A stretch of DNA of 64,000 bases from Antedon mediterranea (GCF_964355755.1 NC_092679.1:4618201-4682200); one strand, 5' to 3'; positions 11,201-23,500 are shown, numbered from the stretch's first letter. Notes: generated from the sequence alone by a model not told the origin. Program-made: numbers and translations.

Positions 11201-13834
11201 CATAAACACAACGTAATGAAACACTCAATAATTGCAGTATGCGATAAAAAATTAATATAAAACACTACTTTTCAGGAAGGATATCATCCAGGCCTGTTAG
11301 CAAGGAACACTTCTTACGGATTCTCTTCTCGTCCTCCTGGTATGGTCTTAAGCAATGACATCAGAAGCAAACCAGACATTTATATTCCAGTACCAACTGG
11401 AATGAAGATACTGGAACACTTGACGGAACTCCGAAGAAGAATTCTCGGCGCCATTACGTCACAGAAAATGCAAACAGTAAATATTTTCTTTATAGTACTC
11501 AAAATTCTCAATTCTGAGGTAGACGAAAACAATCGAAAACTTTTTTAGAAATAACCGTCTTGGATGTTTCTAGAAACTTAGATCTGCTTATTGTTATTAA
11601 CAAAAAAACTATATTTTTACAGGAAAATCAAGAAATGGTTAGGACAAATATCGAACTGCTTGGAAGCGCAATTCAAGCGAATATCGGTAGCCCGAATCAG
11701 AATATTTACGGTAAACTCGGACTTCACGCCTGGGGACATATATTGATCTCCTTCATTACAGACCCTATGGCACAGTACAACATACCTCCTGGTGTGATGT
11801 TTGACGTCAAGACGGCATGTAGAGATCCAGTGTTCTACAGATGGCATAAGTTTGTAAACGAGTTCTTGGTGTTCCATAAGGAGACTCTTCAACCATATAA
11901 GAAGGACGATTTAATGTGGAATGATGTGGAAGTAAGACCGCCTTTTTAAACTACAAAAACGTGCACTTTGGATTTGCGTGGGAGAATCATTTAGAGCCCA
12001 TACAAAATTACTTTTTAAAAGATTTAACGTTTTAAACATTTATGATATAAATAAATTACAAGTTGCCTCATTTATGTACCGTTTATCTAACAATTTACTG
12101 CCTTCACATTTTAGTGCTTTATTTACAAGAATTGACGAACGCCATTCCTATAAAACCAGATCCTCTGTAAACAATTATATTTTTGATAATTTAAATGTTA
12201 AGGCTCGACGATCTTCTATTTATTAATTTGGTCCTAAACTTTGGACTTCACTCTCAAATGAACTTAAACAGAAATCTTCCTTTTCTAGTTTTAAATCTAA
12301 TTTCAAACACAACACAATATATATATAAGTGAGAAAACTGCACCTTATTTTTTATTTCTTTTGGTCTAAATAAACGCAAAGCACCATTTGAAAAGTCGTT
12401 TACGTTCGTTAAGTTACCATCGCTGGTAATTCCTTTTTTTATTTATTCGGATTACAGATAATGGATGTCAGTGTGAACACAGTGAAATCGAACTCCAGTC
12501 CAATCAAGAATCGACTTATGACGTATACAAAATCAATGGATATCGATGTACCAAAAGATATGTTCATAATCAATAGAGACATTAATATCGATCCAGTAAA
12601 GGTAAACCTAATAACTATACATTTTGTTTTGATCGATTATCCTGAAGAATGTGTTGGGGACCATGTTGAAATTACTCTACTGTTAACTACTACGGTAACT
12701 AAATATGTTAAAGCTTGAACCTGTTTATGTTTATGCAATTATTTAGGAAGCTATGATTGCACTTTATCTGAATTTCGACTGTCTTTGGTGGTACTTCCAG
12801 AATTCCTTCTATTAGAGGATTCCTGTGTGAATGTCTAGGCAAAAGATGATCACCACCATTTTATTTTCTTAAATGCAGATAACAGTAAAGTCCGCTGACC
12901 ACACTCCATTTTACTACACAATACGAGTTAACAGAAAGACTTTGGCGCCTATAAAGGCGATCGTTAGAGTGTTCCTTGCACCAATCCGTGACGAAACTGG
13001 AAGAGCGTTGAACATTAATATGCAACGGCGACTGGCTATCGAGATGGACAAATTTACAGTTGATTGTACGTGCAGCGCATTTTAGTAGTAAACTATAAAC
13101 AAAAACTGTTTTTCTTTATGTATCTTGTACTTTAAAGGGTCTTTTACAACTTTACATTGTCTTAGTAAGGTCCATGCCATTGCTAGAAAATGTATGTGAA
13201 CTTAAATTGATTTAATTGGACAGCTAGTGATTATTGTATATTAAAATGTATGACTTGTTTTCTATCAATTTTACAAAACGCAATGTGTTTCAATCTTTTA
13301 ATAAGAACTTGTTTAACTAATTTTTCAACAGTAAATTTTACTACTGAAACCATCACCCGTTACTCTAATGAGTCAACGATGCTTGTTTCACAAGAAAAAA
13401 CAATATCCGATCAAGAGAAGGATATCAAGTCTGGCAGCGACACAGTCTGTCCAGAAAACAGTTACTGCAACTGTGGCTGGCCTTCAAACTTGCTGCTACC
13501 AAGAGGAACAAGAAACGGAATGAAGTTTAACCTTTTTGTTATGCTAACAAATTGGGCAGAAGACATCACAAGTGAGGATTCCGACATCACCAAAGGGTCT
13601 ACTTTATGTGGGTTGAAAGGGCGCAAGTATCCCGATAAAAAGCCCATGGGATTTCCATTCGATAGGGCGATTAAACTGAGTAATACACCTGGACAAGGCT
13701 TGGTGACGATCAGTGATTTCGCGCAACAGTTTGGTAGAAGTAATATGCATGCAAGTATTATCAAGATCAGTAACGCCAAGTCCAGTTGTCCAACGGACGA
13801 ACAACCAAGTAAGCAACAATGCTGGCAAATGTAA
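8229..13834 (+). CDS. Secreted C-type lectin + 2 EGF + arthropod-type hemocyanin/prophenoloxidase (type-3 copper) fusion protein, ~991 aa
   Basis: Eleven phase-compatible GT-AG exons: 8229-8386, 8638-9017, 9440-9502, 9739-9852, 9991-10104, 10314-11116, 11276-11476, 11623-11931, 12458-12601, 12879-13065, 13332-13834 (sum 2976 nt, no internal stop). Signal peptide [21 protein letters not shown] domain ([20 protein letters not shown]...WKDYPC...YLCE). EGF and Ca-EGF ([16 protein letters not shown]). CuA: [14 protein letters not shown]...[21 protein letters not shown]. CuB: LHAWGH...RDPVFYRWH. Domain III: [40 protein letters not shown]. Confidence 0.9.
11958..12310 (+). mobile_element. LINE (CR1/L2/Crack-type) 3' ORF2 remnant in an intron
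   Basis: Reads [32 protein letters not shown]...HSYKTRS...[23 protein letters not shown], typical of the post-RT C-terminus of CR1/L2-group LINEs, with an in-frame stop. Confidence 0.8.
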
Positions 13835-13837
13835 AAA

Positions 13838-13903
13838 GAAACAAGTGACGTCAGGCAGAAACAAGTGACGTAATGCCGAAACAAGTGACGTCATGGCGAA
13901 ACA
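13838..13903. repeat. 3 x 20-bp tandem repeat, each copy containing a CRE/ATF-like site
   Basis: gaaacaagTGACGTCAggca / gaaacaagTGACGTAAtgcc / gaaacaagTGACGTCAtggc immediately after the stop codon. Confidence 0.8.
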
Positions 13904-14444
13904 TAATCGGTGTTATAATAATTATATTAATAAGGTGTTAGGATACAGGTGCTATTAATGACACTGCAATTATCTTTATTTTACTAAATGGTTTACGAAA
14001 TTTGGGAGTACCCAAATATAACCATATGAAATCTTCTTTTATGAATCTGTACTTCACAGATACAGTAGTGATTATTTTAACAGAAAGATTTTCTATTTAA
14101 AAACAAATCTAGTACAAATATATACCTGACGTTGTTTATCACTGTAAATCATTATTTATTGCTATTACAAAATATTTATATCACTTTTAGATTCAATTTA
14201 TAAAGATGATTAAGTTTATTTATTCTTAACATTTATTTATCTTGTTGTATTGAAATAAGGTCAAGGAATGACGCAACATACAAAATACATTTTGTTTCCA
14301 AAACCATTTTATTACAGTATTAAAAGATTAAATTATGCAAAAACTGACTTTCGTTTGTTATAAAAATATAGTTTTTAAATTGTATATATATAATATAAAT
14401 GCTTCTAGTTAAAGACCAACACAAGGAGTTGGATTGGAAACAGA

Positions 14445-15395
14445 CTGTTGTTGCTGCTACTGTGTCTGTGGTAAGTTTTGTTGCTGCAAATGTGTCTGTA
14501 ATGATTTTTGTTATAAGTTGTGTTGCTGCAAATGTCTGTGGTGGTGGCTGGTAAGTGGTAAGTTTTGTTGCTGCAACTGTGTTTATGGTAAGTTTTGTTG
14601 CTGCAACTGCGTTTGTGGTAAGTTTTGTTGCTGCAACTGTGTTTGTGGTAAGTTTTGTTGCTGCAAATGTGTCTGTAATGATTTTTGTTATAAGTTGTGT
14701 TGCTGCAAATGTCTGTGGTGGTGGCTGGTAAGTGGTAAGTTTTGTTGCTGCAACTGTGTTTATGGTAAGTTTTGTTGCTGCAACTGTGTTTATGGTAAGT
14801 TTTGTTGCTGCAACTGCGTTTGTGGTAAGTTTTGTTGCTGCAACTGTGTTTGTGGTAAGTTTTGTTGCTGCAAATGTGTCTGTAATGATTTTTGTTATAA
14901 GTTGTGTTGCTGCAAATGTCTGTGGTGTTGGCTGGTAAGTGGTAAGTTTTGTTGCTGCAACTGTGTTTATGGTAAGTTTTGTTGCTGCAACTGTGTTTAT
15001 GGTAAGTTTTGTTGCTGCAACTGCGTTTGTGGTAAGTTTTGTTGCTGCAACTGTGTTTGTGGTAAGTTTTGTTAATGCAACTGAGTCTGTGGTAAATTTT
15101 GTTGCTGCAAATTTGTCTGTAGTGACTGTTATTGCTGCAACTGTGTTTGTGGTAAATTTTGTTGCTGCAACAATGTCTGTGGTATGTTTTGTTGCTGTAA
15201 CTGTGTCTGTGGCTGCTGTTGCTGCAACTGTGTCTGTGGTAAGTTTTGTTGCTGCAATTGTGTCTGTGGTGACTGCAGTTGCTGCAACTGTGTCTGTGGT
15301 AAATTTTGTTGTTGCGATTGTGACAAGTTTTGTTGCTGCAACTGTGGTAAGTTTTGTTGCTGCAACTGTGTCTGTGGTAAGTTTTGTTGCTGTTG
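14445..15395. repeat. 30-bp minisatellite with higher-order units (QQNLPQTQLQ on the - strand)
   Basis: Unit ggtaagttttgttgctgcaactgtgtttgt, periodically interrupted by a longer block ...gtaatgatttttgttataagttgtgttgctgcaaatgtctgtggtggtggct (3 times). Confidence 0.95.
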
Positions 15396-17638
15396 ATGAT
15401 GTAAATGTTGCTGTAGCAGTTGTTGTTGCTGTTGTTGAGAATGATGCTGTTGATGAATACCGTCAAGAGTGTGTGTAGTGATGCCTTGAAAGTCTGCCTG
15501 ATCACATACAGCAGGTATAAAGTGTTGGTTCCCCAGTAAGTTGGCATACATTCCTGATGGTGTTTCTATATTACTTGTATCATTAACAAGTGAATAACTT
15601 GGATGAGCAGGAACCGACGTAATCTGCATAGGTAACGTACATACCAAACTTGTCGAAACTGTGATTTCATTAAGCGGACGACCTTGAGGAAAGGTCACAA
15701 TGTTACTGTAATCGTTCATGCATGTTTCCACTGCAGTTTTCTTTACATTTGTATCGTTCTTATTTCTTTTTCTTTTAGTTAAATTATTGCATTTTGTTTC
15801 TGTGGTACTATTTGGTTTCTTCTTTAAGTTATGAGTTTCACGGTCATACTTGCCCCTCTTGGACGGACCTTTTTCGGGCCAGTGGCCCTCTTTAAGCTGT
15901 TTATAAATAGCAGCACATGTTGCCTTTGAGATCCCTGTATACATTGAAGCCCTTTGGCTTATATCTTTTACCGACTGAATCTGTTTACATCAAACAAAAT
16001 ATTTTAATAAAATTGTACACATTAGAAAATATATTTTACGATGAACTATTAAAACAGACATGTTTAATGCAGTAGACCACTTAGGTCCAGATGGTGCCAT
16101 TAATATAAGAGGGGAATTGATTTAAACAGGTACTGTAGGATTGAATAAGTGCTTGATACTACGTACTTGCAATTCATTTCTATTTTGCATGTACTGTATG
16201 CGTTATCATGAACAGAAGTTAAATAATGTACTACTTAAATTTAAAAAGAATTACAAGTCAGGAAAGGAGCATGTTTGGTGTAGGATAAAAATCACAGTAA
16301 ACCCTGCCAATTAAGATAACAAAATCCACCATAAAATTGTATAATAACGTTAAACAAAAGTAAATAAATAAATATAAAATTATTAACCTCTTTCAATTTC
16401 TTTTCATTATGACAGCACAGTAATACTCTGGCTATAATATCCATCTCTGCTTGTGTTAAATCTTGTTTAGTTCCCCTTTTTTCTCTTTCTGGAAACTAAT
16501 TAAAGAAAAAATATAACCAAACATTAAAAAGACATTTACTTTTGCAAATAAAAATTATAGCAAATGTACCCACAAATTAGCAAATGTACCCAAAAATGTA
16601 TGCTAGTAATATTAGTAGTAATTTACACATTTATACTTTTTTTGTTTTTTTTTAAATGGGATTCTGCAAAGTCCAAAGGTTGATATATAATAATTATAAC
16701 TTAACTAACTGTATGCTTTAAATTGACCATTTGGAAAACAAAGGTCATTAAATACTATGAATATACAGTATCTCCTTAATCAAAGAATTAAAGGTCAGAT
16801 AACAACTACAGTCATCATACATACATGAAGCTCGTCTGAGGTTTTCAAGTTCAACTTTGCAGCATCACTTGCAGTTGATTTGTTTGGACAACGAAAGCTG
16901 ACATGACCACTTGACCGACATATCTTGCATTTCTTCTTATGGTATTTCTTGTTGTGTCCAAATTCACCACATACTGAACACGAGTTTTGCCGGACAGATT
17001 TCCTATTTTAAAAAAAATCTAAATGTTTTAGTTTGAAGCGAAGTTTTGTTTGTACCAAAAAACCTTCAATATCCTAGGCTAAACTCATACCAACTTTACC
17101 AGTAGAAGTTACATACTACAGATTATAGTATACGGTAGTCTAAATTTAATTTAGCCTACACGCTTGCTAGAGACGTTCTAGTTACTTAGAGTACAGTTGG
17201 TGTATTGTTGTATTGAAATCTAATAATAATAATATATTTTCATATTTTAGAAATATATAAATAAATTAGATTATAAAATTCAACATTTAGATCAAAAACA
17301 ATGCGTAAAATCACATTATTAAAATCATTATTTAGGCTAGGCCTAGTAAGCAACAAGTTGGAGGACCTTGCAAGAGGCTACTAGCCTAGTGGGAGAAATC
17401 CTGCTGTGTCAGTGTACGGTGTTTGAACTTTGGGCCTAGGTAGGCCTAGCCTAGTAGCTAGCGCCAAGAACTTGAAGGCCTAGCTACCTAGGCTAGATAG
17501 TATTCCTAGTATAACCGTATATATAATAACGTACCCTTCTGATGACACATATTCTTTAGACAATACTTGTGTATTATTTACTAATTCTGTTGTATTTTGA
17601 TGATTAGTTTTTCTTTCGCTCCCGACAATTTCTTCCAT
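15129..17638 (-). CDS. Uncharacterised protein: two zinc knuckles, HTH-like segment, basic NLS-like patch, Gln-rich repeat tail (~413 aa)
   Basis: Phase-compatible exons 17638-17535 (MEEIVGSERK...), 17002-16825 (CSVCGEFGHNKKYH-KKK-CKICRSSGHVSFRC), 16495-16388 (FPEREKRGTKQDLTQAEMDIIARVLLCC...) and 15980-15129 (IQSVKDISQRASMYTGISKATCAAIYKQL...KRKRNK...QQQNLPQTQL repeats). Confidence 0.75.
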
Positions 17639-17928
17639 TGTTTTTATTTGTGGGGCGCCTCCTATAGGTAACTCGACGTATGGTATGCTGCTCTTTCTTA
17701 GGCTTTAATTTTTTTTTTTATTTGTATAAATTATTATTTATAATATCTGGCGTTAAAGAAATTCATAAGTAATGAGTTTTATTACTATACTAATTTAATA
17801 TAAATTAAAAGAAAGATATCAATACAGACTATGTAAATGTGGATTTACTTAAAAACAGAGCTTCACAGAAGGCAGCCGCGGCGCTCCACAAACCAATTAG
17901 CCAGTGGATGTAGATATTCTATTTGCAC

Positions 17929-20444
17929 GGAAGAGTCTAAATGTCATCCGTCAGGGCACCTATTTATTTTACGCATGCGCACTTAATTCCTTGGATAGAT
18001 GGACCGCAATTCATATATCGTATTTTACCATTTGCACAATTATTCGATTATTACAGTGTAAGTGCAACGCGATGGTGAAAGTTCTTCTCGTTTTACCTTT
18101 GTAATTTTCATGCAATTCCACTACAAAACCATGAATCACAATTTTACCGTACTGTTGCAAAATTTTAATCTTCGAATAATCATAATTTGCTTATATTTAG
18201 TAATGTTATTGCGTCACGGCACCTAGTTAGCTCAGTGCTGAGTTAGCTACATGCACTGAGTTAGCATACGTTTTTCGGAACGAAGGTCTGAATTCACTAT
18301 GAATCTCGTAGTGCCCTGACGGATGATAAGTATTAATTGTCATCCGTCAGGGCACCTATATAGTTAACATACACGTTATTAATTCACTCTGTGTAACTGG
18401 TAGTGCCCTGACGGATGATAAGTATTAATTGTCATCCGTCAGGGCACCTATATAGTTAACATACACGTTGTTAATTCACTGTGTAACGTAGTGCCCTGAC
18501 GGATGATAGGTATTAATTGTCATCCGTCAGGGCACCTATATAGTTAACATACACGTTGTTAATTCACTGTGTAACGTAGTGCCCTGACGGATGATAAGTA
18601 TTAATTGTCATCCGTCAGGGCACCTAAATAGTTAACATACACGTTGTTAATTCACTATGAATCTGGTAGTGCCCTGACGGATGATAAGTATTAATTGTCA
18701 TCCGTCAGGGCACCTATATATAGTTAACATATCATGTTGTTAATTCACTGTGAAACTGGTAGTGCCCTGACGGATGATAAGAATTAATTGTCATCCGTCA
18801 GGGCACCTATATAGTTAACATACACGTTGTTAATTCACTATGAATCTGGTAGTGCCCTGACGGATGATAAGTATTAATTGTCATCCGTCAGGGCACCTAT
18901 ATAGTTAACATATCATGTTGTTAATTCACTGTGAAACTGGTAGTGCCCTGACGGATGATAAGAATTAATTGTCATTCGTCAGGGCACCTATATAGTTAAC
19001 ATACACGTTGCTAATTCACTGTGTAACTGGTAGTGCCCTGACGGATGATAAGTATTAATTGTCATCCGTCAGGGCACCTAAATAGTTAACATAACACGTT
19101 GTTAATTCACTATGAATCTGGTAGTGCCCTGACGGATGATAAGTATTAATTGTCATCCGTCAGGGCACCTATATAGTTAACATATCATGTTGTTAATTCA
19201 CTGTGAAACTGGTAGTGCCCTGACGGATGATAAGAATTAATTGTCATCCGTCAGGGCACCTATATAGTTAACATACACGTTATTAATTCACTGTGTAACG
19301 TAGTGCCCTGACGGATGATAGGTATTAATTGTCATCCGTCAGGGCACCTATATAGTTAACATACACGTTGTTAATTCACTGTGTAACGTAGTGCCCTGAC
19401 GGATGATAAGTATTAATTGTCATCCGTCAGGGCACCTAAATAGTTAACATACACGTTGTTAATTCACTATGAATCTGGTAGTGCCCTGACGGATGATAAG
19501 TATTAATTGTCATCCGTCAGGGCACCTATATAGTTAACATACACGTTGTTAATTCACTGTGTAACGTAGTGCCCTGACGGATGATAAGTATTAATTGTCA
19601 TCCGTCAGGGCACCTAAATAGTTAACATACACGTTGTTAATTCACTATGAATCTGGTAGTGCCCTGACGGATGATAAGTATTAATTGTCATCCGTCAGGG
19701 CACCTATATAGTTAACATATCATGTTGTTAATTCACTGTGAAACTGGTAGTGCCCTGACGGATGATAAGTATTAATTGTCATCCGTCAGGGCACTACGTT
19801 ACACAGTGAATTAGCAACGTGTATGTTAACTATATAGGTGCCCTGACGGATGACAATTAATACTTATCATCCGTCAGGGCACTACCAGTGAATTAACAAC
19901 GTGTATGTTAACTATATAGGTGCCCTGACGGATGACAATTAATTCTTATCATCCGTCAGGGCACTACCAGTTTCACAGTGAATTAACAACATGATATGTT
20001 AACTATATAGGTGCCCTGACGGATGACAATTAATACTTATCATCCGTCAGGGCACTACCCCAGATTCATAGTGAATTCAGACCTTCGTTCATAGACGAAA
20101 AACGTATGCTAACTCAGTGTATGTAGCTAACTCAGCACTGAGCTAACTAGGTGCCGTGACGCAATAACATTACTAAATATAAGCAAATTATGATTATTCG
20201 AAGATTAAAATTTTGCAACAGTACGGTAAAATTATGATTCATGGTTTTGTAGTGGAATTGCATGAAAATTACAAAGGTAAAACGAGAAGAACTTTCACCA
20301 TCGCGTTGCACTTACACTGTAATAATCGAATAATTGTGCAAATGGTAAAATACGATCTATGAATTGCGGTCCATCTATCCAAGGAATTAAGTGCGCATGC
20401 GTAAAATAAATAGGTGCCCTGACGGATGACATTTAGACTCTTCC
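17929..20444. mobile_element. Foldback/Mutator-type non-autonomous element, 2.5-kb palindrome with internal hairpin-repeat array
   Basis: 9-bp TSD tatttgcac (17920-17928 and 20445-20453). Termini ggaagagtctaaatgtcatcc / ggatgacatttagactcttcc. ~380-bp near-perfect outer TIRs. Confidence 0.92.
18308..20058. repeat. ~88-92 bp tandem array (about 20 units), each with an internal inverted repeat; orientation flips near 19770
   Basis: gtgccctgacggatgat-aagtattaatt-gtcatccgtcagggcac hairpin plus a near-constant linker ctatatagttaacatacacgttgttaattcact. Confidence 0.95.
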
Positions 20445-20559
20445 TATTTGCACGTGCACGGGTAGTCGATAAAAACGATGACATTAGACAATTATATACA
20501 CGCAGTCGTGCGTATAGACGTAAAGTTTATGGATAACATGTGTTTACTTTGAAAAGAAG

Positions 20560-23500
20560 ATGGCACAATTAAAATCCAAAAAGAAACGTGTTAATGTATC
20601 AATATCATATAATTCTGGAAGTGAAGGCGATGTTGAAAGTAGTGATGATGCATTACTTCAAGGTAAGACATTATTTTGGCAGACTTACCTTTTTTCGAAA
20701 GGAATTGTAAGCTTGCCAGCTAGCCTAGCTAGGCCTAACCTAGTAGGGCCTAGCGAATACCGTCGTGTTCGGCCGCCAACGAGTTCGGCCGCATGTATTT
20801 AGTATGGAACGCCAGGCTTGCTTGCATTGTTTATATTAAATGCATTGTTTAGATTAGCGATCTCCGTGGCTTATTCCATTAAAAAAATAGGCGTGCATTG
20901 CTTTACCGATTTTTCTCTACATTTGTATTATTGTATATAATATTACGATTTCTTTTCAGATACAGTTAGATTCATCACAGATAGAGAAAAATGAAAATTA
21001 TTTTATTATATACAATCTTAACACATTTATTATCAATTCCTGTATTTTTTTTTAGACATGTTATAAGTTTGAGAATTTACGAACGAATTAACTTAACTAC
21101 CATATTTTATAAATAAACATATAATATAACATTTATATTTATAATTGTTTTTTTCATATATAGGCCTAACCACTAGCATGCATTAAAATTGACTTTATTA
21201 CTAGTAATAACATGTTATATTACAAAACTACTTAACTAATAAGTAATATAGTTTGCAAATAGTTTAAAATGTAACAATGAAACAATATCTTTTTTAATGT
21301 TTATTACTAATAACATACGATTTTTACTAATATCTTACTTCTTTACATACATTAAAATTGACTTTATTTCTAGCAATAACATGTTATTTTACAAAAGTTC
21401 TTAACTAACGTATTTTGCAAATAGTTAAAAATTATATTTATTGTTTATTACTAACATACGATTTTTTACTAATTTGTTAACTAATTTAACTAACATACAT
21501 AACATTAGCACTATTCAACGCGAGCATCGCGAGTGATAAGTTTACTCGCGGCAAGCATTTGAGAACGTACACTACGTTGGCCCTCGCGGTACTCGTCCCA
21601 CAATGTTTCAACTCCATTCTTCTCCAACACTGTTGCTTTGCACGTCACATTCTTGTTTCTGAGAAAACATCTCCATGTTGTATTTGCCCGTCTTTTATCA
21701 ATCTTCTCTGTATATTGGTACCCATGACTGTCTACAAGCGAGTCCTGAAACAACAGAAGGTTAAGTTGGTTTTCACAAGAAAATGCGATAATAAAAAAAA
21801 AATTTACAAAGAATAGATTATAAATATTTTAAGAACTTACATTCCCACGTTTTGTTGTTCCTGCTAATCGCCGATAAGTAACGATGTCATCATCAACAGC
21901 AGGCATCACTGGTATTGGTTGTGGTTCAGGGTAAAGATTCAGTACCTCTTCTTCTATGAACGATTGGTTCCAAAAAGTCGCCAAGGTCGGCTGCAAAAAT
22001 CTCTAGTTGCGGCACCGGTTGGACGTTGTTTTCTGGAGCACAGTCTCTACATGTCCAATCAATAAAACCCTCTTCGACGACTAACCTGTACGCTGCTCCT
22101 CTTTTCACTCCTGAGTCACACCGACGATGTTGCCATCTCTGACACTCTTCGCAAAACGGTCCTTCTTGCTGTTCCGTTACGGGTTCGCGACATTCAAATA
22201 CAATCGTTCATGGTTCGTAGATAATCAGTAAAAGTGTAGTTAACAATTCAGATGGCAATTCAGAAATAAGTAATATTCCCTAAAATGAGGTTCTCTTATA
22301 AAGATGCGCGCACTCCGGTCATGGACCTCCATGCTCCGGTTATTGTTTTACCGATTACAAAAAAAAGAATCCTTAAATGTACCGAATTTTGTGTGTGTGT
22401 ATTGTGTGACGGTAAACGCCTAACTTAAAAGCGTTATTAATAAATAATGGTCATTGTTTAGCCAAACTTCTTGCAAGTAACCGACTGCGCTTGTGTCATC
22501 ATGCGCTTTTTGTAGGTGACTATACTTTTAAACTTTAACTTTAGAGGCCTAACTGTAATAAATCAAACCAAAATGAATAACGATGGAAGCGAAAACACAC
22601 AAAATTATATATTTACAAAATTTCCTTTTTCATGTAACACTACGATGAAATCAAACAAACAAACAACTGGTTTTTTTAAGTCTTTTTACTAACTTTTGTA
22701 ATAACTAGTGAATCACGTTATGAAATTAGACATTATACAGCAAAGTTTCGATGTTATACTTAGATCACTTACCTTACCTTAAATATCTGACGTTTTATTA
22801 TTAACTAAGTACAACAAAATGTTATTTATAAATCAAATGAGATTTAATGTGTATTTTGTGATATTGAACATAAAATCATGCTTTCTTTTTTCTTATATAA
22901 AGATTGAATTATAAATAATGACATAAGAAAATGAAATGTTTTCATTTTTGTACCGGTCGGAAAATGTGCCCCAACGATTATATTTAAGACTGAAAGGAAT
23001 GCAAGTTATATACAGTACTGTCATTAGATTAATTTAAGGATATGCACTTCTATAAGTTATAATGAAGAAGAGTGTGTGTACTTTACAAATAAATATTACC
23101 TTTTAATTATGTTTTTCTTCATTTATCGTTGTTGTACTGTATATCAATGTCGGTGAAGTTTGCCACATATAATTTGTACATTTGAAAATCAGAATCAGTA
23201 ATGTATACCACAACTTATTAACATTTATTTTTACAAATACTGTACAGAGTAAAATAAATATAAAACCAATAATGAACATATTATATTAACATAACGTAAG
23301 AAAAGAAATGTAAGTGAAAACGGACGCAACAATAATAATAAGCAAGGTTTATTTATTTAAATTGTTCTTGCCGTTAACAAACTGAATTACAACAATCGTG
23401 ACAATTTATAAAAATAGTAAATATTGGATAAATAACATAATAAAATGTAACATTAATATCAACATCTCCATTAATCACATACAACAAGCAAGCTAGCTTC

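Noticed and set aside
11978-12226. Extra exon of the oxidase gene
   Set aside because: It is a LINE ORF2 remnant with a stop, and the flanking exons splice in frame without it
13462-13894. Antisense ORFs over the last oxidase exon
   Set aside because: Shadow frames of a real coding exon
14434-15478. Cys-rich metallothionein/keratin-associated-like ORFs and hydrophobic VSFVAAT ORFs on the + strand
   Set aside because: They are antisense readings of the 30-bp minisatellite belonging to the spliced - strand gene, with no supporting gene structure
18308-20058. CRISPR-like array of palindromic repeats with spacers
   Set aside because: The spacers are near-identical rather than unique, there are no cas genes, the context is eukaryotic, and the array lies inside a TIR element with a 9-bp TSD
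17904-20484. Two near-identical small ORFs (66 and 71 aa) on opposite strands
   Set aside because: They are a by-product of the terminal inverted repeats
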